A stretch of 62,001 nt of DNA, filler included, from Sphacelaria rigidula (taxonomy: Eukaryota), in assembly GCA_964200075.2 (NCBI GenBank). It is 11 parts of 11 records of this genome, joined end to end, with 100 filler letters (N's around TTAATTAATTAA, not from the genome) between each part and the next. Parts side by side here need not be neighbours in the genome. Positions count along the whole stretch, not along the records: positions 50,812 to 56,356 come from CAXNAA020026458.1; positions 56,457 to 62,001 come from CAXNAA020026459.1; 9 more parts are not named here. One strand, 5' to 3'. This document shows positions 51,442-62,001 of the stretch, one piece after another. Each line of letters opens with the position of its first letter. Within the stretch, counting starts at the first letter, position 1. The notes under the pieces are model-generated. The model did not search any database. It had not been told where the DNA came from and was given only the letters and a program-made list of their open reading frames with translations. A program made the translations under genes and the position numbers.

Positions 51442-53959
51442 TCATCGACCGCGAAAGTGCACCCTGGAAAGGTTGTGGCATGATTGACCCGCGCGTCCTG
51501 GGTTACCGATGTTCTCTTGGAGCTTCTTATCGGAAAATTAATGTTTGCTCTCGGTGCCCCGCTTTGTCAGTCACTACTGGTACGACACGTAGACGGTGTA
51601 TCACGGTGCATGTGGCGAGGTTAACGGTGGGGGCAACGGTTGTACGGTTCACCCGACCTCCTGCCCGTGCTACTGGTATTGTGTGGAGCCGACCTGCAAC
51701 TATGTTTGTTGATAAAAGTATTACGGGAGGGAGCGATTTCCGGTGACCTACTACGCAGTGTGTTACGGTGTATCATGTGTGCTCGATATTTCACGCGTAG
51801 GGAGTGCGTTGGCCACGTGTACTGCACCAGGTGTGGGGAAGAAGATCCCAATGCAGCACTTGACGTAGAGTTTGACAGTTGAGAGATTCGGAAACCCAAA
51901 ATTGGCAGTATAGAGTCATAGGGGGAGGGGAAAAAATGGGGCTGTGCACTGCTTGTTTCCCCCTGTATGTTTTGCGACTGCGCAGTGTCAACACAAGCAC
52001 TCTACAGCCCCGTTTTTTTCCCTTCCACAATGAACCTATACTTCCACGCATGGTTTGCCGCACGTGCCTAATATTTGCCGCGAAAATGTCGGCAGCAGGG
52101 GCTGCAGGAGACGAAGCGGTTGCGCGTCGCATACGCGTTGATGAATCGTTTGCTTCCGGTGCACCTTGTCGCTGCTTGATTTTGATATCAATCGGCCAAT
52201 CTTGTCCGTCTCCTTCGCTCCTCGGTATGAAGTTCCGATCGGGGCTCAGTCGTCTCTTCTGCACAATGCGGCGGTGAAGACCATACGCATGTACTTGTTT
52301 TTTTGTAAAAACAAAACTCTCGCGTCGGCGTCCTCTCACGGTGCCGTCTTTTCGCCCACTATTGAGTATGTGTTGATATTGGCCAGCATATTCTCACGGT
52401 AGCGTCGGGAATATGCTGTACATTTCGTTGGCCAATCCATCACAATAACCTCGGCTGAGCCAGCCGTCCGTGCATGCTCCGTGAATATATCTCGGAAAAA
52501 CACAAGAACCTGACAGATGAGTCTTGCAGGATTGGCGACGAAACACTCTTTAAAAGTGATAAAAGCAAAACGCCCAGGTATTGCGGACGAACCCCTTTGC
52601 ACTGAAGATAACACGATAAGAGAAGGTAAAGACGAGGTCAGAAGAGAAAAAGACTCGCGGCTCTCTCAGATGGCTTAAACTGCAGGAGCTTGCGCACCCG
52701 GCACTTCGCTGAATTCTTGGGGGGAAATGCGGTGAAATGGGATAGCCTATTCCGTTTATTGATTACGGAATCTCTGTTCCTCAACATTATACTACCATGA
52801 TGCACCTGCTCACGTACCCGAGTGAAACAGCTGAATATGGCAACCTATGTGGCTCATCTTTCTCGGTCACTACTTGTCTTGCGTGGAACACCTGAGGATA
52901 GAATTGTTAAAACCCTCTCGTCTCTCATCTCAAAGACCGACGAAAATTGTGAGGGTACTCTCGTACAGAGTAGGCTACACCCTGTAAAGTGTACGCTTCT
53001 TCGGCTGAAAAGCACGGTGTGACGGTGCTATCAGGCCATAATCCGACCCTCACCAACACTACATTGTGCTGGCAATAGACTTGGCTGAGCGGCTTGCGCG
53101 CCGGCTCTGTTTTGAGGTTTGTTACAACTCTCAAGTGTGCAAAGTTCTGCAGGCTGCTCAATGCCCAGGTAGGGTGGTGCTTCTCGAGACGATACAGAAT
53201 CCAGACAAACCAGGAAGGTAGACAAGGAGTTAGCTCGAGCATAGGGCATAGATTGATATATGCTCAACAGATGTAGGTGTGCGAGTATTTCTCCGCATAC
53301 GTTACACGCCAACCAGCACATATTCTACCGACTGTAGTCTCCACGCGTACAACATGGATGATGCGTGAACACAGTACGGCGCTACTGTGCTTTGACCACG
53401 TGGAGGAATGTATAGACAATTCCGTGACAGGTCTATGGCTCGTGTACAGTACAGGCCAAACCACGCGTGAGTAGCCCCTGCATCTATGACTTCCGAATTC
53501 TGTGCTCACATTGTCTCGCTGGGTATAAACTGCGCCAAGCAGCAAGAACAACTCACATGCTACTATGAGCCAGCAGTGCCCCCCGCTTGACGCGGTGTCG
53601 GGCTCACGTTTAGTCTACAAAGCTTTCGCTGTGAAAAGTACAGATACGAATCAAGTCTTCCCGCTGCCTATACCCAGTCCATGACCTCAGCTTTCACGGT
53701 AACAACTTAATGTTGTGTCGACCGGCGCCCGGGCTTGCCTATTCGAAGCTTGCGACCTTTGAATCACTCATCTGTTATCAGCGCATCGTGTGTAGCACAA
53801 TGTTGTGACAGCTAAGCACGTATCTCATCCGCTACGGGTCCGTTTGCTCCGTGCGATGGCTTGAACGATCGCTAGAGACTGTGTGAGTGTTTTCCATGTG
53901 TTGCTGTGTCCATGCGGGGCTTGTGGGACGGATGCTGAACGCTGACGGATGTAATAGAT

Positions 53960-54023
53960 TACGTCAATGTTGGCGGATGTAACACAGTACGTCAATGTTG
54001 GCGGATGCAACACAGTACGTCAA
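53960..54023. repeat. 28-bp tandem repeat (~2.3 units)
   Basis: TACGTCAATGTTGGCGGATG(T/C)AACACAG repeated. Confidence 0.85.
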
Positions 54024-56633
54024 CACTGACGTAAATAGCAAGACCCGATTCGGAACAATTTTGTTCCTACAGTGAAAGCACATTACTCATGCACTGTTAG
54101 ACTGAGTACAAAGTCAAGGATTTCATCGAGAAGATGGTGCAGGCCGTAAACAGTCAGTACCGTCATCCTGTACATCCATATTGTAACAGCAATCACAATC
54201 AATCAGGCGGTAGCATGTGGAAGAACCGAGCGTCGGTATCCACAAATATTGCAGTACGTCTAGTGTGCAGGGTGAATCATGAAGCAAGAAAGATGACGCT
54301 GTCAAGCAATCGGCTGTCGGTGCAAAATACAACAGCTGTTGGACAAGCATTGTTTGCACATTTACCCCAAGGCCAACAAACACTCAGTCAGGACGTGAAT
54401 GCAACAATACAAGTTTGTGTGCTCAAAGGGTACGGCGGTTGCAAGCAGTAGTTCAGACATCTTGTACAGCCATCCTGTAACAGCATCACAGTAAATAAAA
54501 GGGTTGCTTTACGACGGAGCTGCAGGGGTATCATTGCGCAGTCTTGGGGTGAACAACTTCACTTCGACCCCAGCTGGCGCCGGTAAACGGGGCGTGTGAA
54601 ACGGGCACAGTGGTTTCACTTCACTTTGAGTTGCAGTGCAAACTCACGTGTGGCGAATACAGTAAACAGCAAGCTTGACGTGTGAGGCAGCATAGCATCG
54701 CTCCTTTCAGCTGCATTGCACAGCAGAAAACATACAGCAGCTGTTGCAGGGAAACAATTCGCAAAGCAGTGTGGAGAGTCATGCAATCCTAGTATCCACC
54801 GTGACTCTACTCAATCAGGTCTACACGACAAGATTATTTGATCTTTCACGGCTATAAAGCAAGCATGGCGTTGTCTCATCACACGGCGAAATCAGAGCCT
54901 ACAATAAAACTGAGCAGCTGCGTTACACAGCAGAACTCGGGCGTACCACAGTTATGGCATCATTTCATCTTGGCGCCAATTGTGATGTGGTGTATAAAGC
55001 AAACATCAAGCTGTCTCATCTCACAGCTCCTTGCACGATGGGCTTTCACATTTCGATCCTGTGCACTCACCCGTGAGGGCAAGTTTTATTTCAATGCGCA
55101 AGGGAGATCACACCGCTTCAACGGTTTCATTGCTGTTTGCGAAATATTTGACCTGCCACCACGTGTAAGCAAGCATGGCATGACATGGTATTTTACGTGG
55201 TCGCAGGTGATACCCCCCCTAGCTTCATGTAACATGATGTTTCCCTGTATACGCCTTCGTGTGCTTCACTCACTATCTATTTTGCGGTTTGCCTCTCGGT
55301 TACAACTTGTCGAGGCAAAAGCAAAGTTGGATAGCAGCAGATCGATGATAGTACTTGGGGTGGGGGATTGCACTTTAAATACCCGCTATCCTGTTGAATG
55401 CATATACATGTCGCACCGCTGTCATGCAGCATGCACCCCAAGATATAGATATACATGTGTGCGTTTATTGCAGACACGAGATGCCGTAGAAACGCGGCTT
55501 CAAGTGGCCAAGAATAAGCGCTGTACGGATGCAGTAACTTGACTCAAAGCGACAGCATCAGCGCATCTGTTCGGTATATCTCGGGTTGCACAATCAGTCC
55601 CACGTTCCACGGTAGCGAGTGACGGTTCACGAATTTAAATCCAGTGGGCCAAGCGTCATCCCCACGTCATCCAGTAAACCGTGAAATCACTTCAAGCGGG
55701 TAGCCCGGTGTTATCAGTATCAGCCATGGTTTCCTTTCCCTCCATAGGTTACAGCTTGTTATAGACGCGTGGTGGTCGTGCATAGATGCTGTAGAAACGC
55801 GGCTTCGCGAGATTAACACTGCATGCATGCGGTAACTTGACTCGGTCAGTTGAATTTTCAAAATTTCGAATCATCCGCGCTTATACTATAAAATGTGTCT
55901 ACGGATATTTATTGTCTGTATACAACATGCGGACGTCGGGACAGCTGACTTTGTTGAGCTTCCCTGCGGAGACACGGTGTGCAGACATTACATGAGCTAA
56001 CTCGCATCACGAGCTGAAATGCGGGTAACTGCTGCAGCAACTTTCCCAGCTTGACCACTCATGTATGCTTCCATGGACGTGAGGGTATATCACATATCAT
56101 TGCTGGCTATTTGGTGTGCTGCTACGCACTCCCAGACGTCACCACGATTATCACATGAAGCAAAGAACGGTATTGCACTTCAATCTCTTATTGTATAAGG
56201 ACTGAAGCATCACGTCAACTGATGTTTCGTTAGCACGAGCATTTCGCAAATCGCAGGAAGGAGTGATCAATATGTCACAGATGACAACAGTCGACACGAT
56301 AGTCCCGGTTGGAAGCACCATGATACGGACAAACGGTATAGTAGCCTCTCTGGCTCNNNNNNNNNNNNNNNNNNNNNNNNNNNNNNNNNNNNNNNNNNNN
56401 TTAATTAATTAANNNNNNNNNNNNNNNNNNNNNNNNNNNNNNNNNNNNNNNNNNNNGCATACAACAGTATAGTACAGTACAGAGTAGTACGTCTCTCCGA
56501 CTGAAGCAGCAGCTGCCGCTGCATACTTCCTTGCACGTTCTGGGCAAGTCTGAGCTACCGAAATCAGCTGCCTATATATCGTTTTGTTATCCACGTCCAC
56601 TACATACATGTGGGCTGCACACTGCAAGTCATC

Positions 56634-56872
56634 GGCAGAGGGATACGCAGAATTCATTACGGTAGCTCCTTCTGTCTTTACATGGCTCACCTGGATCTTG
56701 TGCCTCGTGAAAATGACCGCATTATGGCATGTACACTCCTTCCCGGTTTGCGGGTTGGCAGAGGGATACGCAGAATTCATTACGGTAGCTCCTTCTGTCT
56801 TTACATGGCTCACCTGGATTTTGTGCCTCGTGAAAATGACCGCATTATGGCATGTACACTCCTTCCCGGTTT
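56634..56872. repeat. Recent tandem duplication with a 123-bp period
   Basis: 56634-56749 and 56757-56872 are nearly identical. Confidence 0.9.
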
Positions 56873-58220
56873 TCCCGGTCCACCCTGTGTTAGTTTACAT
56901 TACTACGTTTCAGTATAGAATTGGAACCCAAGAAACACTCGGGGAAAACTCGGAAACGGTATACTGAGTGCAACTAATACCATGAAACTAAGCTGTGGAC
57001 ACCCTGCACTTGGAAACCTGGGAAAATTTATCTGGGCCAGGGATAGGGCCCCCACACGATCTTTGCAGTGGCATGACACTCGACAACAATCCTCGCGCTG
57101 GTCGTTCGGGTCTGGTCGATAAATTTTGCCTCGCCGTGATTCGGCAGGTCGTTCGAAGACATATTCTTTATTCTTCCACTATCACAGGGTCAGCCCTGTG
57201 TTGGTGGGGGTCCGGTCCCAAAAAGGGTTAATGTGACAAAATCGTCTGTAAAAAAGTAACGATTGAGTGATGACCATACTCGAAGTTTATTCGAAGTTTG
57301 ACTACTGTACCAGATCCAACAACGGGGACAACTCCCATACAAAGGGGTAGATGTTTGTAGTTAAATGTGAAACTCAGCCATTCAGAGGGCCTTCAGTGAG
57401 GAATCGGCGGAATCTAGCGCCAATGAAATGCGACCTTTACAGTGAAATACGTAGTGGAAAATGCTTGTGATCGGCTCGCACACTCGAGTCACACCTGTAG
57501 TGTACGTACTGCAGTACAGGAGTGAATAGAAGCGCCGGAACGGATAGAACAGCAGCAAAGAAACGAAGCTGCAAGCAGACGGGCAGACAGTGAGTGGTAC
57601 ATTGCCGCCGCAGGGCGTCATCACGATGCTCGTGTATCGGTATATCTCCATCATAGTATAGCTGGCTGTGTCTTACCGTCGCCGCGAGCGCTGTTGCCGA
57701 TACCAGCGGCAGCGGTCGTCATACTGATCAGTGCAAGCGGTACCCTGGTGGTGCAGTGTATCCGCACTACTCTGTGGGTTGCTCATTTTATCCGAGCACG
57801 GCGTCCGGCCCAGCCGGTCGAGCGGTGTTTACCGGCGCTGGTTTTGCGTCTTTATCCAGCCATGTTCGGGATCGCGCCAATGATGGGTCTGAGTGGCACG
57901 GACGTTTTCAACAGTCAAGTCTGTAGACAGCACTGCGTCTCAACTGATACTATATTTTCCGGAGCAGGTCGAGTAGTGTATACGCAAAACTCGGTGTTTT
58001 TCAAAAATCTTTCTTTTAGTACCCAAATTTCGAGTAGAGTATTTAAGGTCGTACTCAATATCGTCAAAATTTGAGTACAGTATTTGAGGTCATAGTCACT
58101 TGTCAAAATTTTAGTAGAGTACTTACAGTAGATCACACCCAAGTGATACTCTATATCAGAGTATTACTGAGAGTACTGACCCAATATTTGAGCAGGGTAT
58201 TTTGAAGCCGTACACAATCT

Positions 58221-59234
58221 ACCCTGACGTCTAACGCATGCCGAAGGGGGGTCTAAGGCAAACCGTTCAAGGCACGTCTGAGGCGAAATAGTTGGCCTCA
58301 GGCAACTGCTAAGGCAAGCCTTACCCCGTATTCATGCCTGAAGTGCCTTAGTTTATAGCTCGGGATGCCCGAGACTCGCCTGAGACATGCCTTAGACAGT
58401 CACTCCGGCTACCCTAATAATTGGAGTGGACGTTGTCATAAGCTTGATTTATTGCTTTTTATTGTGCCTTAATGTGTTTGCCTTTGTTAAATAAGGCATC
58501 TCAGGCAAAAAATATCTCATCAGGCAACCCCTTTTCGAAAAGGGGCTCTTAAGGCAAAAATGAAACCCCGGTATCTCGACTAATTGGAGTTGGCGTCGCC
58601 ATTCGTGTGTCCTAGGCCGGATGTTATGGCACACATATTTTTGGCCCACAGATTGTTCACATATGGGACGTCTGAGCCACTTCTTGACCCCCGAACAGGG
58701 GAAATCGCCAACACACGTATTGGACACTTTGCATCACCCCGCATAGAGACGCCTAGCCTACTTTTTAGATTCGCTTGGCTCCAAGGTTTCGAGATTGGCC
58801 GCTGAACAAAAATTCGTCTGCAAAAATCTGGGCTTGCCGACCCCCGCTAGTTTACCCAATAATCTGTGGAGATGGTCGTAGATTTTATTGCACACGGATT
58901 GTTGTTCAGCGGCCACTCTCGAAACCTTGGAGCCAAGCGAATCTAAAAAGTGGGCTTGGCTACTCTCTGTGGTGTGATGCAAAGTGTCGGAGACTTGTGT
59001 TGGCCATTTTCCCTGCTTGGGGGTCAAAAAGTGACTCAAACGTCCCAAAAGTGAACAATCCGTGGGCCAAAAATCGTGTCCCATACCATGCGGCATTACT
59101 TCCATTCTTTGTTGTAGTATATGTGTTTGCCACGCCCAAATAAGGCATCTCAGACGCCATACCCCCTCTCAGGCAACCTCTTCCTGAAAAGGGGCTCTAA
59201 GGTAAAAAGTAAGGTATGCCTTAGAAGTCAGGGT
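58221..59234. mobile_element. Nested TIR element
   Basis: ACCCTGACGTCTAACGCATGCC pairs with GGTATGCCTTAGAAGTCAGGGT. Internal direct repeats lie at ~58473-58560 and ~59123-59210. Confidence 0.75.
58615..59095. mobile_element. Innermost foldback MITE with ~210-bp inverted arms
   Basis: 58626-58832 is the reverse complement of 58878-59089 (e.g. TAGATTCGCTTGGCTCCAAGGTTTCGAGA / TCTCGAAACCTTGGAGCCAAGCGAATCTA). Confidence 0.85.
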
Positions 59235-60077
59235 CAATATTAAGGTCATACCCAAGTGATACTCTATATTCAAGTATTACTGAGAGTTCTCAATGTACCG
59301 AAGATTTGAGTACTATTGTAGAGTATTTGAGGCCGTAAGCAATCTACCCAAAATTTCAGTAGAGCAAATATTCGGGTAATTTTCCCGAGTTTTCAAAAGT
59401 ACATACTATACTCGCCCTTGTATATTTTACGGAGAGACATTTAAACGGGTCCTCGGTGTTTGCCAGATGCCAATCTTGAACGCTCGGCCATAATCGCGCT
59501 TCGCGCAAATATTTAAGTTCACCACGAAATCATCCCCTTGTGTGGGTCCTGTGCCCACCAAAGGCCAACGACTCCACCGTGAGCAACTTCTGTGACACAC
59601 ACGATCGGCCGTCCTTCAACACCGAAGAGGTGACCATGAAACAAACAACACTTCGTATAGAGTACATGAGCAAGAGCTAGCGCTAGGCGTGACGTGCTCG
59701 TGCTTCGGGTGTCTGTCAGCTTTTGTTCGGGCTCGGTTGTGTAAGTTTGAAGTATTTCAGGCATGTGTTCCAGCCACGCCGTTGAGGCTGCGTCCAGTGC
59801 TGAAATGATCACCGGTTTTCTCAAAACTTCCGTTTCACGTTTCCTCGCTAGAACCCAACGTCTATATCGTGAGCAGGCTGACTGCCTTGCGTAAATCTCA
59901 GTTCTGCTGACCCACGATGCCTCGTGGTTCTGTCTGGATCAAACCCTCAGCCACGAGGAACGTTCCGCACATTCTCGGCCAAACCGCCCTCCGCGAAATG
60001 CCAGGAAGCCTCGTAACCACGGAGATATGTGTATGCTCCGGGCTCAAGGGCGCCATACACGACACCGCCAGACAAAT

Positions 60078-61226
60078 ACGGCGCGGCCTATTTGCAGGTG
60101 GGGTATGCAAATAAGGGGCGACAGGTCGCGTATCCCTTCAGAACCAAATCCTCTAGAAACCTTTTTCAAACTCTGCACAAACGAAACATCAGTCGTACTC
60201 CACCGCAGCTCAACCCAGGGCGGCAACACTGAACACATGTTTTGTAGGGCAGGATACCGCAAACTGCCCCGTTCTTCTCTTGTTTTTGGTGTACCGCTGC
60301 AGCGTAAGGCCGATTCTTGTGGAACAAACGTCACTACAGAACAAACACACCATTCTATGCTTTCTACTTGCCCCGAAAATCAGTCGATCTTCAAGCACTT
60401 CTTGAGGCAACTTCCCGGACGAGAAAATTTCCTACGGCGTCTTGGACAATATGCCCACCAGCTTCAAATGTAATCCTGTCCTGTGTGTGCGATCGCCTAA
60501 GGGCAGCCGTCCACCCCCACCGCAGCCTATGTGCGAGAGAATAGTGTAGCCATGTAGGTAACGATGTGTCGATGGATCCCGTTATCTTACGAGTTGACTT
60601 TGTGAAACCACAGTACCATTGTGCTACCGTTGTTATCTCTCACCTGCTGTGCAGATGGTACGCTGTACAGCGGACGACAAGCAACAGTAATAGTACAGTA
60701 TGTGTACTGAACGGGGTTCGTTGTGCTGTTGTCAAGTGGGAGGATGCAAGAACATTACTAATGGTCGGACTGCCGTCTGGATAGTCTCCGCAGAACAATG
60801 TATAGACGGGAGGATGCAAGAACATTACTAACGGTCGCACTGCCGTCTGGATAGTCTCCACAGAACAGTGTACAGACAGCGCGGTGCGATCATGGTGGTA
60901 CAGTATTCTCAGTAGCGAACAGCTTCTGCATAATACAGTCGGCGTCTTCAGTTCGGCTATGATGTAGCGTGCACGATGTTTTGGTTGACCAAGGATACAG
61001 AGTCAACGCATCACGACTACTGGCTTGTCATTACCGAACACAGAGTATATCGCTGTCGATGTCATGGGATCTTTTCTCAAGTGCCCTGGGTTGAGCTGCG
61101 GTGGAGTACGACTGATGTTTCGTTTGTGCAGAGTTTGAAAAAGGTTTGTAGAGGATTTGGTTCGGAAGGGATACGCGACCTGTCGCCCCTTTTTTGCATA
61201 CCCCACCTGCTAATAGGCCGCGCCGT
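60078..61226. repeat. 144-bp near-identical inverted repeat pair (60078-60221 / 61083-61226) with a ~860-bp spacer
   Basis: Direct reverse-complement match with few mismatches; no TSD found. Confidence 0.88.
60738..60877. repeat. 70-bp tandem duplication
   Basis: GGGAGGATGCAAGAACATTACTAA...AGAC occurs twice, at 60738 and 60808. Confidence 0.9.
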
Positions 61227-61269
61227 GGGCGCACCAGCCGGGGTCGCACAGGAGGAAGGTCAACACAGG

Positions 61270-61505
61270 AGCTTTTTCTTCTTTATTTGTTTTCAATACC
61301 TCACCTTCCTTCTGCGGTGCTTGCTTTTTTTTTATCGCGAGAGGGGTTCAGCAGGTCCTTTCCCTCGTTGACCGTTGAGTCAAATTGTGTGTACCCACAA
61401 CAAAGTCGCTCTCCACTGCTGGGCATGGTGTGAGAAAGAATCCCAGATTGCTCCGAGAATTGAGCCCACGACCCAGCCGTCAGAAGGTTTCGAGGCTACC
61501 AACTA
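61270..61505 (-). mobile_element. tRNA-derived SINE, 5'-clipped
   Basis: The reverse complement has a head TAGTTGGTAGCCTCGAAACCTTCTGACGGCTGGGTCGTGGGCTCAATTC (A-box and B-box-like), then an unrelated body and an A-rich tail. Confidence 0.6.
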
Positions 61506-61837
61506 AAGGGGATTTTGATAAAGGGGAGAATCCCCTTTGATAAAAAGGGGCCTCATCTGTCGCTAGTCATCGCGTGACCGACTTCCTTCCGTCCGCGTGT
61601 CTTCCAACCGCCAGCCCGAAAATAAAGAAGTGATCTGTATTGATTGTTTCAAATCTGAACGGTGCTCGCTTACTTGTTCCCTTCTACTGTATGTTTAGTC
61701 CACGCCGACAAATTATGAAGGGAAGAGTCTGCTATGTCGTTCGGTTCGACCCCTCTTTCTGTTCCTATTATTTTCTGTTCCTTTTTTTGTTTTTTCCTTA
61801 GAGCGTGTTTGAATTCCGTTTTTCTTGAGTACGTCTA

Positions 61838-61896
61838 TCATGAGACCACGGCTGGACCCTTGGGGGTCCGTTAAAGTACGACAATCAATCAATCAA
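61838..61896 (+). repeat. LINE-type 3' end with a hairpin and (AATC)n tail, related to the A-tailed family
   Basis: TGAGACCACGG...GGACCC/GGGTCC hairpin...AAAGTACGAC followed by AATCAATCAATC. Confidence 0.6.
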
Positions 61897-62001
61897 AAGA
61901 GAGCTCTGCCGCGCTTCTTGTGTTGTACCAAGCGGCAAAGAGAACCCAGGTAGAGGGCGTGGCTTGTACCAGAGTAGCAACATCATGGCGACTGCATTAT
62001 G

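Larger units (their letters stand above)
5547..56456. other. Ten artificial 100-bp spacers (N-run, TTAATTAATTAA, N-run) starting at 5547, 11193, 16839, 22485, 28131, 33777, 39422, 45067, 50712 and 56357
   Basis: The spacers are identical and spaced every 5646 or 5645 bp. Confidence 0.98.
57965..59420. mobile_element. Non-autonomous TIR element flanked by a 14-bp direct repeat, with nested elements inside
   Basis: Imperfect TIR CAGGTCGAGTA..AAAACTCGG / CCGAGTTTT..TACTCGCCCTTG. TATATTTT(C/A)CGGAG lies at 57951-57964 and 59421-59434. GAGTA-rich subterminal repeats are present. Confidence 0.75.

Noticed and set aside
53400..53485. WFGLYCTRAI resembling a SET-domain N-terminus
   Set aside because: No NHS or ELxxxY motifs were found downstream, so the match is too weak.
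54838..55542. 234-aa ORF (and the 219-aa ORF at 48407-49066)
   Set aside because: Both have a non-ATG start, atypical Cys-rich composition and no recognisable motif, so they are likely chance ORFs.
61450..61505. tRNA gene
   Set aside because: There is no complete cloverleaf or acceptor stem, and it continues into a body and tail, so it is better explained as a SINE head.

Overview
Eukaryotic, intron-containing, repeat-rich DNA. Its style (spliced GT-AG genes, LINE, Ty3 and MITE content) suggests a brown alga or related stramenopile; this is an inference. The window is not one locus. It consists of 11 contigs of 5546 or 5545 bp, in descending length, joined by 100-bp N spacers containing TTAATTAATTAA, so adjacency across gaps means nothing. 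Two host genes can be reconstructed in part: an 8-exon fragment encoding IQ, WW and three B-box-like domains (193-5445, +) and the 5' part of DCC1/DSCC1 (17354-19825, -). Mobile elements include a decayed Ty3/gypsy pol, a nearly intact RTE-type LINE, fragments of another LINE family, a MULE/FAR1-like C-terminus, a tRNA-derived SINE and many MITEs. The most interesting signals are: (i) very short retroposed 3' ends that terminate in, or insert at, C-runs rather than poly(A), three with clear 12-16 bp target-site duplications (TSDs); (ii) a three-level nested terminal-inverted-repeat (TIR) element flanked by a 14-bp direct repeat; (iii) a GAG...CTC MITE with a 4-bp TSD (Sola-like); and (iv) two long, decayed, intronless coding-like tracts of unrecognised origin that are candidate endogenous viral elements.
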